Part shown: positions 8,932-19,309 of the stretch, piece after piece
Position numbering within the stretch: the first letter of the stretch is position 1
How the letters are laid out: the number at the start of each line of letters is the position of its first letter
Assembly: GCA_037440025.1 (NCBI GenBank)
Contig: JBBIUX010000004.1
Location: 4,290 to 68,289, forward strand
DNA from: Candidatus Fraserbacteria bacterium
Lineage (GTDB): Bacteria > Bipolaricaulota > Bipolaricaulia > RBG-16-55-9 > DRXL01
DNA length: 64,000 bases
Reading direction: 5' to 3'
Translations under genes and position numbers: made by a program
Notes under the pieces: model-generated
What the model saw: the letters and a program-made list of their open reading frames with translations, nothing else
Told to the model about the DNA's origin: nothing
The model's database searches: none

Positions 8932-9542
8932 CGCGGCCTCCTTCGTAACTTCTGGTCTCAGTATAGCGGACTATTTCCCCTGAGACAGTGATTCAAATTA
9001 CCCACTGCGCGCACTTCCCCTTAGCTTGAGCATAGCACAGCTTTGGGCCAAAGGCAAGCGGGCGTGATAGCCATTACAGTCTAAGAAAATTTAGCGACGC
9101 GTTCGAGGCCTGGGGCCAAAATCTGACTGGGCGTTTGTCTGGGGAATGGGTGCGCTCTGTCCGCTTTTATTTGACAAGCCTTGGACGAGGAGACGCTCTT
9201 CTCGATGTTGGAATGGGTTGGTGGTCCGTCTCTAGTCTCCCCTGGCAGACAGTCGCGTGAGGGAGCACCGCCATTTGAGTACATGGGAGGGCTACAAGCC
9301 ATTGATTCTGGACGGACCGGCTGGGCTGGGCTCGATCTTTCTCCGGGAGAGTATATTGCTTTGTGTTTTGTGCCCGATCCGGCGTCTGGGAAACCGCATA
9401 TCGAGCTGGGCATGGTTGCAAGCTTTCGGGTGAGGTGACCCTAAGAAGCGTTGAAGGGCAATGCTGGAACTGAAGGTTCGGCCTGTGATACCAGAGCGGT
9501 GGTCCGATCTCGAAGAACTCTTCGGAGAGCGTGGGGCGTGAG

Positions 9543-10175
9543 CTACATGCGTGCCGCAGGACAACGAGCGTCTGGAGCATCTGAGTCTGATGGCAGCGCT
9601 GTGATGATCTGGGGGCACGCGCCCAACAGGGCACACTCCGACTCGATGAAGTCCTTCAATTCAGTTGCTAGCTTCGTATAGAATTCCAGCTGGCTCTCTC
9701 GTATGAGCGTCTCGGCGAAGAGTTTGACCCAGCGCCCCAAGTGGGCTTCTAAGAACTTCTTCTGCGCGTCGCGACAGATCTCGGCTTGCTCTAAAAGATT
9801 ATTCTGAAGAGCCAGCGCTTCTTTGTACGCTAAAACGCTCATGAACTCCAGCTCCAAAGCCAGATGGTCCGGGCGCTCGTTCACGGAGAGTTCTAGCCCG
9901 AACGCCCTATAGAACCCCATAATATCTGCAAGCGTCGGCCCCTGCGAGACGGCGCGATTTCTGTCGTACTCGACTTCGTAGATCGGGCAGAGCACAGTCG
10001 TGCGATGGCTGAAAAGACGGTCGTATTCTAACCCCTCCCCGACACGGTCTTTCGGCCGCCAAAAGCCCCGCGCCAGCCCTGCATAGCGGCGGCTGCGCTC
10101 AAGGGCCAACTCGAAGTCGTTCACACTTCTCACCCGATCTCCGGCTCGCGAGGCCGTGGATGATAGAGCATCCAA
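9543..10175 (-). CDS. TorD/NarJ/DmsD-family redox-enzyme maturation chaperone, the delta subunit of the type II DMSO reductase family operon.
   Basis: PDHLALELEFMSVLAYKE motif typical of the TorD family. Position is immediately downstream of the alpha-beta-gamma genes. It overlaps the gamma gene. Confidence 0.6.
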   Translation of the reverse strand: MDALSSTASRAGDRVRSVNDFELALERSRRYAGLARGFWRPKDRVGEGLEYDRLFSHRTTVLCPIYEVEYDRNRAVSQGPTLADIMGFYRAFGLELSVNERPDHLALELEFMSVLAYKEALALQNNLLEQAEICRDAQKKFLEAHLGRWVKLFAETLIRESQLEFYTKLATELKDFIESECALLGACPQIITALPSDSDAPDARCPAARM

Positions 10176-11122
10176 ACCAAAATCGCGCCGAAGAGCAGCC
10201 CCAGTACCCCGATCACAACTGCCACCCAGCCGGGCACCCCGATCACGCGCACGCTCTCCTGCGCCGTCGCCGGAGATGGCGTTCCTGTTGCTCCTGCGGG
10301 CAATGCTTCGAGCGTCAGCTCATGCCAATTGAGCGAGACGGACTTACTCGCGCCGCGCTCCCCACTGGAGCCGTCCCACACAGCGAAATTCACAAAGCCC
10401 TTCTGTCCGGCCTCGAAGCTCGCATCACCCCTCAGCCCCGTGTGCAGCGCCCGCACGAAGACGACCCTCCAGCGTCCGTTCTCCCACATCCCCTTCCCCA
10501 AGACATGCTGCAGCTCTTGGTGCGTGAGCGTACCGAAGCCCTGAGCTATTAAGTTTTCGACAGGGGTCTGATGGTCTCGTTGCGAGCGCCAGTTGCCCAC
10601 ATCTCGCCCGACGTAAATCCCATAGGGGACTTCACTAGCATAGGGCGGATAGGTGCGATCAACGTCGGCGAGGCCGCCCTCGTCTATGTCGCGCTGCCAC
10701 GCCGCCTGCCATTGCCAGATATTCACAGCGTTCTGAGCATCCCCCATGAATGGGCTGGGATTGGCCTTCGGGTCAACGGGGAACTGCACAGCGACAGCGT
10801 CGCTGAATCTATCTGTTTGAGCAAGCTCTTGGTCTTGAATAGGATCAGCCCATTCTACAAGAAACGCGATCAGTCTGCCGTTGTGCAGGGCTCGCACGTG
10901 GAGCTCTTTGATTGCGCCGCCGCCGAAGGGCTTTGTCATCTGTTGCGGGCTGAGAGCAATCGTCACGGGCCGGACTTCGTTCCAAATCTGAGCCGTCGGG
11001 TCCGGGAGGAGCTCTTGATCAGTAAACTTCACCGTGAGCTTAACGGCCTGAGCTTGGGCCATCAAGCTTGGTAGAACAACCAGCAAGACTATCCATACTC
11101 TGCGCATGAGAGGCTCCTTCAT
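10130..11122 (-). CDS. Heme-b gamma subunit of a type II DMSO reductase family enzyme (EbdC/NxrC/DdhC-like EB_dh domain), with a signal peptide and a C-terminal transmembrane anchor.
   Basis: Signal peptide MRRVWIVLLVVLPSLMAQAQA. EB_dh-like motifs GAIKELHVRALHNG..AFLVEWAD..FSDAVAVQFP..NIWQW. C-terminal hydrophobic helix VPGWVAVVIGVLGLLFGAILVWML. Confidence 0.7.
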   Translation of the reverse strand: MKEPLMRRVWIVLLVVLPSLMAQAQAVKLTVKFTDQELLPDPTAQIWNEVRPVTIALSPQQMTKPFGGGAIKELHVRALHNGRLIAFLVEWADPIQDQELAQTDRFSDAVAVQFPVDPKANPSPFMGDAQNAVNIWQWQAAWQRDIDEGGLADVDRTYPPYASEVPYGIYVGRDVGNWRSQRDHQTPVENLIAQGFGTLTHQELQHVLGKGMWENGRWRVVFVRALHTGLRGDASFEAGQKGFVNFAVWDGSSGERGASKSVSLNWHELTLEALPAGATGTPSPATAQESVRVIGVPGWVAVVIGVLGLLFGAILVWMLYHPRPREPEIG

Positions 11123-12261
11123 GGCGTGTTGTGTCGCACGGCTTGATGCTCTCGGTCTTCGAAGGGCCGGATGTAGATAGGCTCTTGAATGGGCACCCGG
11201 ACGATCTCTGCACCCTTGGCATCGTAGCCGAACGCATAGCCATCGGCGACTTTGAATCGTTCAATCCAGCGCGGCGTCGCGCCAAAAAGCGTCAGACAGC
11301 CCAACAGCTGCTCGTCGTCTTTGAGATTTTTATAGAGATTGATGGCGTGCTCGACGTTGGGGCTGAACATCTGTTTCAAATAATCTAAGGGGACATGCAC
11401 CGGCGGGATATAGTAAATATTGGGCTCCAACCCTGTCTGGGGATAGAGAGGCAACGCGATCTTTTTGATGTGCACCAGAAAGTCTATGGGCTTTTCGGGA
11501 TCAGCTTTCTCCGGCGGGCTGATCCAGCCGTTCAGTCTTATTTTCCCAATGCACGTCGTGACACACTGGGTTTGGAAGCCCTGCTCGACTAACGGGTAGC
11601 ACCCGATGCACTTCTCGCTCACGCGCGTCACGGCGTTATAAAGAACTTTTTTATACGGGCACGCGCGCATACACTCCCGATACCCTCGGCAGCGCGATTG
11701 GTCTACAAGCACAACGCCGTCTTCTTCGCGTTTATAGATCGCTTTGCGCGGACACGCTGCTAAGCACGCCGGGTAGGTGCAATGATTGCAAATTCGGGCG
11801 AGATAGAAGCACCAAATTTTATGGGGCAGACTGAAAAAGTCGCCCTTCTCGACGGTGCCAGCGGGCTCGTCCTCTCCGATGTTGGGATGGGCCCAATCTA
11901 AATCATCGGGGAGATACCCTTGCACGGTTTGGCCAGTCGGAGCAGCCTCGAAGATTGTCTTGCCCTGATATGTTTGTCCGGCCCATTTGTTCACGCCGAG
12001 CAGCGAAAGAATTTTTACATCCCAGCCCAAGGGATAGAAGCCATAGGGCTTGGTCTCAACGTTGTTCCAGAACATATACTCTTGGCCGCGACCGCTTGTC
12101 CACGTATGCTTACACGCCATGGTGCACGTCTGACACGCAATGCACTTATTGGTATCAAAGACAGCCGCGAACTGTCTCTTGGGTCGAGACTCTTCGTAGG
12201 GGTACTCCATCTGACGGTTGATCTGCCAGTTTGAGACTTTCGACATGCTCCCTCCTGTCAC
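11119..12261 (-). CDS. Fe-S beta subunit (NarH/NxrB/EbdB-like, four-cluster ferredoxin) of a type II DMSO reductase family enzyme.
   Basis: Cysteine motifs CIACQTCTMACK, CNHCTYPACLAACP, CRGYRECMRACPY and CIGCYP..CVTTC. The 4-bp overlaps with neighbouring genes indicate an operon. Confidence 0.85.
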   Translation of the reverse strand: MTGGSMSKVSNWQINRQMEYPYEESRPKRQFAAVFDTNKCIACQTCTMACKHTWTSGRGQEYMFWNNVETKPYGFYPLGWDVKILSLLGVNKWAGQTYQGKTIFEAAPTGQTVQGYLPDDLDWAHPNIGEDEPAGTVEKGDFFSLPHKIWCFYLARICNHCTYPACLAACPRKAIYKREEDGVVLVDQSRCRGYRECMRACPYKKVLYNAVTRVSEKCIGCYPLVEQGFQTQCVTTCIGKIRLNGWISPPEKADPEKPIDFLVHIKKIALPLYPQTGLEPNIYYIPPVHVPLDYLKQMFSPNVEHAINLYKNLKDDEQLLGCLTLFGATPRWIERFKVADGYAFGYDAKGAEIVRVPIQEPIYIRPFEDREHQAVRHNTP

Positions 12262-12265
12262 TATT

Positions 12266-15200
12266 TTATTGTTCGGCTTCGATGAACCCGCCTGCCAAGT
12301 ATTTTTTCATTTCTTCGTTTTCGTAGGTGGGCCGATAGCCCAACCGCGCCGGGCGCCAGAGGCTCTTCAAGTCGGCTCCGCCCGGCTCGGCCTTGGTGAT
12401 CTTGACAAAGGACTCTTTGGGCGCACCCACCGGACAGTGAATATCAGGCGCGAAGCCCTGCCCGATGCTCTGTCCAAAAACGTCTTTTCTGACTAACGAG
12501 TCTGTCATCAGGGGAGGGCGCAGCCAGGCGCGGGTGCAGCTCTGGTGGCCGCCGTAGCGAAACATCGCTTGGTAATTTGTCTCTGGGTTTTTGGCGAGAT
12601 GATCGGGCCGGGTCTCGTGAGCTTTCACAGTCCCATGCGTCGCTTGGTACATGTTGAACCACATTCGGACGACGCCGCGCGGCGTACCGTTATAATAGCG
12701 CGCTCTGCCCATCAGCCGCGCGATCTTATAGTCGGGATCGCCGGGCTTGGCCCCGCGATATGGACGGTCTTCTGGGTCGGCGTCAATCCAGATATAGTCA
12801 CCATCTTCAATGCCGAGTTCTTTGGCGTCTTGGGGGTTTATATCAGCGTAGACTTCGCCGACCCACGGGCTGCGCTTGTCTCTTCTGTAAATATCCCCGA
12901 AGGGCCCGAAATAGACGGCTAAGACGTCCAAATCTACCGGGGTCGTGTGTGCCCCATGACGATACTTGGGTGTGATGAAGATAAATTTGAGCCCGTCTTT
13001 GGCGCGCGGGTGTTGTGATCGCACGACTTCGTCAGGGGTCTTGATGACGTTGCGCACCTGGCGTGTCTCAGGACTCAAATCATCGCGCTTGAGCCCATAC
13101 TGTTCGGGAGGTGTGGGCTTGAGCGCCTCGTGTTTTTGTGGGCCGACGATCACATTGGGCTCGTGCGGCGTGGCGTCCACCGGCTCGCGATAGACCGGGA
13201 GATTCTCTCCGTGTTCAATAAATTCGTCCTCTTCGCGATAGAATTCTAATCGTCCGGTCTTGGTGTACCACGGTTTGGACTCTTGCGTCTGCTCCCAGCC
13301 CACGATCTTCGGATACGTTCTTAACAGCTTGAGCATCGGTGTGCCCTTCTTGGCTTGCTCTTCGAGCTCTGTGAACTGATACCCGCGCAGGGAGCTGCTC
13401 GCGTCGCAGATTCTCTGAAGATACACATCAACGCGATTCTCGCGCACGAAGTGCCAATAGTCTTTGAATCGCTGATCGCCTGTCAGTTCAGCGAGCTTTT
13501 CAGCGACCCCCGCGTAGGTCTCGATGTCGCTGCGGGTATCGAAAATTCTGGGCAAGGGCGTGCGGGGAAAGACCTGCACGAACGGATTGGTCACCGAGCC
13601 GCACATGTCAGGGTATTTCAGCTCACCCCACGAATCTACCCCAAAGACGACATCGGCGTACTCACACGACATCGTCCACCACCATTCGTTCACAATAATG
13701 GCTTCGATCTTAGGCAGCGTGTTGTGAATGACATCGTAGCCCCACTTGGAGTTGCCCAAGAGTGAATTACTATTGGCGAACCACATGAATTTAGTAGGTG
13801 TGGGGATATGAGTCTTGCCGGTGAAGAGCTTTTTGCCCACTCTCAGAGGCCGGTCCCCGTAGTTATAGTAATGGGCCGACTCGGCCTTGGCGTACGATTT
13901 TGTCTTGGCGGGCTTGGTCTGGTCCAGCTCGGTATTGAACGGGTCTTCGGCGACATATTGGGGCAGGCCGTTGAAGAGCGCCACTCTGTAATTCCCGGCG
14001 TAGCTGCCGGGGCTGCCCCCGAAGTGCCCAATATTTTTCGTGAGAGCTGCAATTAAGAAAAGCGCACGGTCTTTCAGATCAGCGTTAAAGAAATGGTTGG
14101 GCCCCATGCCGTGTGACAGGAGGGTCGAGGCTTTGTTCGCGGCAATCTGGCGGGCCAGATTGACGATGGCTTCGGATGGAGCCCAACTCACTTCGGAGAC
14201 TTTTTGAGGGGTGAACTCTTTCAAATACTCTTTGATGAGATCGAAGACGGGTCGAACTTTGATCTCTTTGCCATCGAGCATCTTGACGGTGAGTGTGCCT
14301 TCTAGGGCTAGATCGAGCCCGGTGAAAAATTCCCCGACGTGGTCGCGGGTAACGACCGCGGGTTTGTTCTTAACGGCGTCCCATACGACAAAATCTCCCC
14401 ACTCGGCGCGGGCTTTCTCGGAGATATACTGGACACCTTGAGTGACATTGGGGTTAGGCTTTTCATCGAACTTGAGCACCTTGACGTAGTTGCTGAGCTC
14501 GGCGGGCTGGTAGTCTTTGATGATCTCAGAGGCCCGCAGGAGTTTGAGCGTGTCCATGCGCACCAGCAGGGGCAAGTCCGTAAATGTCTTGACATACTCT
14601 TCGTCATAGAGTTTCTCGTTGATAATGAAAGAAGCGACACCGAGGGCGAGGGCGGCATCGGTCCCCGGCCGAATGATAATGACTTCGTCGGCTTTGTTGG
14701 AAGTGGCTTGGTACTCGGTCGCAATAGTGATGACTTTCGCGCCGCGCTGGCGGGCTTCGGTCAGCCAATGGGCGTCGGGCATCTTTGTGCAGATCCAGTT
14801 CATGCCCCAGAGCGTGATCAATTTGGCGTTCTCCGCGGTGAAGAGATCGAAGTCGACGGTCTGCTGGCCGGTGACCATCGGGTGTCCTGGGGGCAGGTCC
14901 GTGTGCCAGCTATAGTTGTCCCAGACACGGCCACCGAGCGCTTGCTTGGGGCTGACATTCCGAATATGCTGATCGAGCAAGGCGAGCATATTAGCGAATC
15001 TGGCCAGCCCGTAGATGCGCGTCGCACCCAAGAAGGGCATCCCGCCACGCGCTTTCACTGTTTGGGTGCCGGCTTCGTGTGTCGCTTCGATCATGGCCGG
15101 GTCGTAATTCTGCGCTTGCAGGCGTTTGGTCCCTTCGGGGCCGGAATACGTCTGAGCGATATTGAGTAGGGCTTGGGCGACCAGTCCATAAGCTTCATCA

Positions 15201-15718
15201 AACGAGAGCTTCAGCCAAGTATCTTGGCCGCGATTGAAGTACTCTTTCGGGGGTGCGCCCGTGCGTGGGTCTCGTGGGAAGCCCGCTTGCACCCAATCTG
15301 AAAAACCCTTGCGCACCCAGACGCCCTTCACCCGGCGATCCCCATAAAAACGTCGTCCGAGAGCGAGTCCCTTTTGGCAGCAGCGCGGCTCCCACCGCGC
15401 TGAGCTCTGGTTTCCATAAAGATCGCGTGCTTCGCTGTAGCCGTACGTCGGCCCGATGCGCACCACTACCCCGTTGCGCACATACGCCCTCAACAGACAG
15501 TTATGGGTGTCATTGGGAGCGCACAGAAACGGAAAAGAACTATCATAGCGAAACTGATCTCTATAGATCTTCTCCCAGTCGCGATCGGGATAGAACTGTA
15601 AGGGGTTTTGAATATCGGGAACGAACTGGAACCCTGACAGGCCCAAGGCGTCAGCAGCTAGAGCAACTCCGGTGACTGTTACGGTGGCTTTCAGAAAGCG
15701 TCGCCGCGAGACCTTCAT
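12266..15718 (-). CDS. Molybdopterin catalytic alpha subunit of a type II DMSO reductase family enzyme. It is Tat-exported and has a NarG/NxrA-like size.
   Basis: Twin-arginine signal [26 protein letters not shown]. Length is 1150 aa, in the NxrA/NarG size class and larger than EbdA/PcrA/SerA. Molybdopterin oxidoreductase architecture. It is followed by beta, gamma and delta genes. Confidence 0.8.
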   Translation of the reverse strand: MKVSRRRFLKATVTVTGVALAADALGLSGFQFVPDIQNPLQFYPDRDWEKIYRDQFRYDSSFPFLCAPNDTHNCLLRAYVRNGVVVRIGPTYGYSEARDLYGNQSSARWEPRCCQKGLALGRRFYGDRRVKGVWVRKGFSDWVQAGFPRDPRTGAPPKEYFNRGQDTWLKLSFDEAYGLVAQALLNIAQTYSGPEGTKRLQAQNYDPAMIEATHEAGTQTVKARGGMPFLGATRIYGLARFANMLALLDQHIRNVSPKQALGGRVWDNYSWHTDLPPGHPMVTGQQTVDFDLFTAENAKLITLWGMNWICTKMPDAHWLTEARQRGAKVITIATEYQATSNKADEVIIIRPGTDAALALGVASFIINEKLYDEEYVKTFTDLPLLVRMDTLKLLRASEIIKDYQPAELSNYVKVLKFDEKPNPNVTQGVQYISEKARAEWGDFVVWDAVKNKPAVVTRDHVGEFFTGLDLALEGTLTVKMLDGKEIKVRPVFDLIKEYLKEFTPQKVSEVSWAPSEAIVNLARQIAANKASTLLSHGMGPNHFFNADLKDRALFLIAALTKNIGHFGGSPGSYAGNYRVALFNGLPQYVAEDPFNTELDQTKPAKTKSYAKAESAHYYNYGDRPLRVGKKLFTGKTHIPTPTKFMWFANSNSLLGNSKWGYDVIHNTLPKIEAIIVNEWWWTMSCEYADVVFGVDSWGELKYPDMCGSVTNPFVQVFPRTPLPRIFDTRSDIETYAGVAEKLAELTGDQRFKDYWHFVRENRVDVYLQRICDASSSLRGYQFTELEEQAKKGTPMLKLLRTYPKIVGWEQTQESKPWYTKTGRLEFYREEDEFIEHGENLPVYREPVDATPHEPNVIVGPQKHEALKPTPPEQYGLKRDDLSPETRQVRNVIKTPDEVVRSQHPRAKDGLKFIFITPKYRHGAHTTPVDLDVLAVYFGPFGDIYRRDKRSPWVGEVYADINPQDAKELGIEDGDYIWIDADPEDRPYRGAKPGDPDYKIARLMGRARYYNGTPRGVVRMWFNMYQATHGTVKAHETRPDHLAKNPETNYQAMFRYGGHQSCTRAWLRPPLMTDSLVRKDVFGQSIGQGFAPDIHCPVGAPKESFVKITKAEPGGADLKSLWRPARLGYRPTYENEEMKKYLAGGFIEAEQ

Positions 15719-15877
15719 GCTCGCCCTCCCAATATCGAGAAGTCTCTAATGTTGGTCACAGTATCGGGGATAGCCGCTGTCTGGGTCAATGAGTTTTATC
15801 AGCGAGAAACATGAGATTCGTCAGGTTGGAGGTTTGTCCCTGGTGAGCTTCGCTTATATAATTGGGCTCGCTCTGCT

Positions 15878-16723
15878 ATGAAATTTTTCAAGAACTCAGA
15901 CTTTCGGCTCTTGGCTGAACAACCAGAGTGCTTCATCCCATCCCTCTCTTCAAAGACAAACTTAAAACTCGCGTCGGCAAAAAATCTGGCCATCGTCGAG
16001 ATCGCCGGGCGCGATTCTATTGCCGCGGCGATCCAAGCGCTCACAGAGCGACCGATTGACGCCCTCTTGCCGACGCTCGCTTATAACGGTGCCCACTATG
16101 GCAGTTTAGAATCTGTTGAGCTTGCCCTCGATCTGTTGGTGCGCCGGGTCGGACCTGAGCGCGTGCTCGATCTGGCAATCATTGGCTCGCCCCAGTTTTG
16201 GCAGGCGCTCACCGTGCGCTTCGCTGATTCTCTCACGGAACGATTCGGCTTCTACACGCCCTACGTCGCCTGTCACTTGTATATTCACGCCGTCAGGGTT
16301 CCATTAGCAAAGCGTCTGCACTGTAAGCTCATAATCTCTGGAGAGCGCGAGTCCCACAACGGGACAATCAAGCTCAACCAGACTCCTTTAGTATTAGATC
16401 GCTATGCCCAGTTGACGGCGCACTTTGGGGTCGAGCTGTGGCAGCCACTGAGAAAAGTGCAATCAGGGGACGAGATCGAAAGACTTTTGGACGAGCCGTG
16501 GCCCGCCGGGCAGAGACAGTTGCACTGTATGCTGTCGGGGAATTATAAAAACCCTGACGGCTCGGTGGACTTTGGCCCCGGGCAGCGCTTCAGCGACGAA
16601 AAATCCGCGAGATTTTTAGATCACTATGCTCTGCCCTTGGCCCGGGTTTGTCTTGAGAAGATCATGCACGGAGAGAGCGTCAACTACGAAGCTGAAGCCG
16701 TGAAAATCTTAGAGCGATCATGA
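15878..16723 (+). CDS. Hypothetical protein, possibly a degenerate PP-loop ATPase-like fold (MJ0570/Dph6-like).
   Basis: IAGRDSIAAA resembles the SGGKDS PP-loop but has substitutions. A later segment LIISGERESHNG..PL resembles the family. There is a 4-bp overlap with the downstream ApgM-like gene. A TATAAT box lies 16-21 bp upstream of the ATG. Confidence 0.35.
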   Translation: MKFFKNSDFRLLAEQPECFIPSLSSKTNLKLASAKNLAIVEIAGRDSIAAAIQALTERPIDALLPTLAYNGAHYGSLESVELALDLLVRRVGPERVLDLAIIGSPQFWQALTVRFADSLTERFGFYTPYVACHLYIHAVRVPLAKRLHCKLIISGERESHNGTIKLNQTPLVLDRYAQLTAHFGVELWQPLRKVQSGDEIERLLDEPWPAGQRQLHCMLSGNYKNPDGSVDFGPGQRFSDEKSARFLDHYALPLARVCLEKIMHGESVNYEAEAVKILERS

Positions 16724-18018
16724 GCTGGGGCAAAAGGATTTTTCTGATAACACTGGACGGGATTGCCGACCGCCCTTCAAAAGAATTGGAGGGCTGCACT
16801 CCTCTCGAAGTCGCTCGAACGCCCAATTTGGACAGGTTAGCCAGAGAGGGGATCAACGGGTTAATGCACCCTCTGAGCCCCGGCGTGCCGATGCCCACCG
16901 ACGTCGCGCATTATTTGCTCTTTGGCTATGCTCCCGAAGAGCGCCCAGGACGGTCGGTCTTTGAAGCAACTGGCTATGGCGTCTCATTCAGCCCCGATGA
17001 AGTGATCTGCTCGACAAGCTTTGCGCTGGTCGCACCCGAGAGCAATGCTCTCAAAATTATCAATCGCCGCGAGCTGGGGTTGACCCCTGACGAAGGCCAA
17101 AGATTGGTAGAAGCCGTTTCGCACTATTGCACCGAAGAGTTCGAGTTCAACGTCGTCTACACGAAGAAGCACTTCGGGATTTTGAAAATTCGTGGGCCGG
17201 CTTCCGATCAGATCACGGACTCTGACCCATTTTACTCAAAGCTGCCCGTCGTGGCTATCCACCCCTTAGACAATTCTGTCGAAGCTGCAAAGACAGCAGA
17301 AGCCCTCAATGAATATCTGCGCTGGACGTACACGGTACTTTCGAAGCTCAGCGACAAAATTAATATTTTGTTGACGAAGTGGCCCGGACGCCATCGCTCT
17401 CTCACGCTCTTTTCCGAGAAGTACGGGATGCGCGGGCTGTCGCTCTCACCAAAAGAATTGCTCAACGGGCTGGCAACTTATCTGGGGTTAGAAACCATGG
17501 ACACCAGCAGTCTGTACGAAGCTTCTCGACATCCCCTGGAAGCGAGTCTATCGCTGGTGCTCGAACGCCTTGAGAAGTACGATTTTGCGCACGTGCACGA
17601 CCCACGTCCCGATGTCATCTCGCACAAAAAAGACCCGCACGCGAAGATCGCTGTGGTGGAGCAGCTCGACGCTGAATTGGAAATTCTTCTCGCCAATCTT
17701 AAAGAAGACTGGGTCGTCTGCGTGACGGCTGATCACGTGACGCCGAGCACGGTCGGAGTGGGGAAAGCAATGCACGCAGGCGAACCCGTCCCGATCACGA
17801 TCTGGGGAACGCATGTGCTGAAAGATTCGTGCGAGGAATTTTCGGAGCGGGCAGCGGCTCGCGGTGCGCTCGGTTTCATATTGGGCAAAGACCTGATGAC
17901 GATCTTGATGAATTACGCTGACAGATTGGGCAATTACGGCTTTCGGCCGCGGCCAGTGAAGAACGTCGCCTCCTTCCGTCCAAAGCCGGAGCAGATCAAG
18001 CCGCTCCCGCCGCCGTAG
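16720..18018 (+). CDS. ApgM-type cofactor-independent phosphoglycerate mutase / phosphomutase family protein (alkaline phosphatase superfamily metalloenzyme).
   Basis: N-terminal ITLDGIADRP...CTPLEVARTPNLDRLAREG matches the archaeal-type iPGM / proposed homoserine kinase family. Length is about 430 aa. Confidence 0.7.
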   Translation: MSWGKRIFLITLDGIADRPSKELEGCTPLEVARTPNLDRLAREGINGLMHPLSPGVPMPTDVAHYLLFGYAPEERPGRSVFEATGYGVSFSPDEVICSTSFALVAPESNALKIINRRELGLTPDEGQRLVEAVSHYCTEEFEFNVVYTKKHFGILKIRGPASDQITDSDPFYSKLPVVAIHPLDNSVEAAKTAEALNEYLRWTYTVLSKLSDKINILLTKWPGRHRSLTLFSEKYGMRGLSLSPKELLNGLATYLGLETMDTSSLYEASRHPLEASLSLVLERLEKYDFAHVHDPRPDVISHKKDPHAKIAVVEQLDAELEILLANLKEDWVVCVTADHVTPSTVGVGKAMHAGEPVPITIWGTHVLKDSCEEFSERAAARGALGFILGKDLMTILMNYADRLGNYGFRPRPVKNVASFRPKPEQIKPLPPP

Positions 18019-18028
18019 ACCAAAGGCT

Positions 18029-18358
18029 CTATTTCTTGAGATCGCTGCTGAATTCGTCGTACAAATCCACGTCACTGTTTTTCTCGATCTGTCTGTCTTC
18101 ATAGGGAATGCCCAACCGACGGTAGAACTCGTCGGCGATGTTTTTGAAGACACCCGTGACGGTTGCGATGAGCCAATAGCGCAGCGTGCCGAACTGAAGC
18201 TTGATAACTTTGAGCGCCAGCCGGGTGCACGTGTAATTGAGCAGTCCGGCGAACGCGGCGTCGTAGTTTTGGGCTTTCGCTTGCTTCACTACCTGCTCGG
18301 CCAACTGGTCAATGAGGGGGTCAAGGGGACGACGATCTTGTTGGGTGATATAGGGCAT
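18029..18358 (-). CDS. Hypothetical small protein (109 aa).
   Basis: A strong AAAGGAGG RBS lies 6 nt upstream of the ATG. No recognisable domain. Confidence 0.5.
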   Translation of the reverse strand: MPYITQQDRRPLDPLIDQLAEQVVKQAKAQNYDAAFAGLLNYTCTRLALKVIKLQFGTLRYWLIATVTGVFKNIADEFYRRLGIPYEDRQIEKNSDVDLYDEFSSDLKK

Positions 18359-18461
18359 AAAGGCCTCCTTTATTCAGATATTCAGATAGACTGCCAAAAG
18401 AGTATCCCAAAATCGGCGTGACGTCTAGGGAGAGCCTCTCGATTGTCGACGGAGGTGCTTG

Positions 18462-19247
18462 TCACAGCAAGCCCGTTGCCATCCCCAGGCCCACGAGAAT
18501 CAACATACACCCTACGATAAGCTGGATCGTGCGAAGGGTGACTTTTTTTATCAAGCGTGCCCCTAGAAATGCCCCCAAGAACGCAGCCAGCGTTGCTGCG
18601 AAGACCACCCCGCCGATCTCAGAGCCGATCAAGTGAAATTGCGCTGTATAGAAAGCCCAGCCATAGGCGAGTAATCTGGCGATGTCCACAATGACTGTTG
18701 AGACAGCAGCCGTGCTGATGAAAGCCTCCTTATCCAATCCCGATTTGATCAAGAACGCTGAGCGTAGTGCTCCCTGGTTGCCGGAGAGACCTCCGAAGAA
18801 GCCTGATAATAGACCGCCAAGTATCAAATAATTCCGCTCGAAGGTCAATTTGCTGAGGCGCGGGACCATCTCCAAGAGGGCGAAGACGACGATCAGTAGG
18901 CCGATAACTCCCTTGACGACGGTGATCTCGTATTCTCGTCCTCCTACGCTATACGCAAGCAAGATAGGAAGTTGAGCGAAGAAATCCAGCAGTGCGGCGC
19001 CGGCTATAGCCGCCACCGCACCCGGCAGGGCAAAGCGTGCTATGACGTCCCAATTGGTATTCTTGCCAACCAAGACGACTTTGAAGATGTTGTTGGCCAA
19101 ATGTACGACGGCGGTCGCGGCAATCGCCAACGGCACAGGGAAGAACAGGGCAAACGCTGGCATCAGCAGAGTCCCCAGGCCAAAACCTGAGAATAGAGTC
19201 AAGCCCGAAGTGACCAAGGCTACAGTGCAGATCAGTACAAATTCCAT
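18462..19247 (-). CDS. TSUP (TauE/SafE) family membrane exporter. Start set at MEFVLICT, which has an AGGTGA RBS.
   Basis: About 8 predicted hydrophobic helices in a 4+4 arrangement with glycine-rich helices (GLSGNQGALRSAF), typical of TauE/SafE proteins. Confidence 0.65.
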   Translation of the reverse strand: MEFVLICTVALVTSGLTLFSGFGLGTLLMPAFALFFPVPLAIAATAVVHLANNIFKVVLVGKNTNWDVIARFALPGAVAAIAGAALLDFFAQLPILLAYSVGGREYEITVVKGVIGLLIVVFALLEMVPRLSKLTFERNYLILGGLLSGFFGGLSGNQGALRSAFLIKSGLDKEAFISTAAVSTVIVDIARLLAYGWAFYTAQFHLIGSEIGGVVFAATLAAFLGAFLGARLIKKVTLRTIQLIVGCMLILVGLGMATGLL

Positions 19248-19309
19248 AGTTTCACCTGTGGTGGTCGGGATAAATCTCTCTGAGCAGCTTACGCGCTTTT
19301 TGACGCAGT

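Noticed and set aside
8932-9542. Several overlapping small ORFs (for example 9181..9438 on the plus strand, 9167..9634 on the minus strand) in the 600-bp gap between the molybdoenzyme operon and the PKD gene
   Set aside because: They mutually overlap in different frames, lack RBS or start context and have no recognisable domains. The region is more likely a terminator/promoter. The sequence EYIALCFVPDPASGKPHIELGM is vaguely protein-like, so a gene remnant cannot be excluded.
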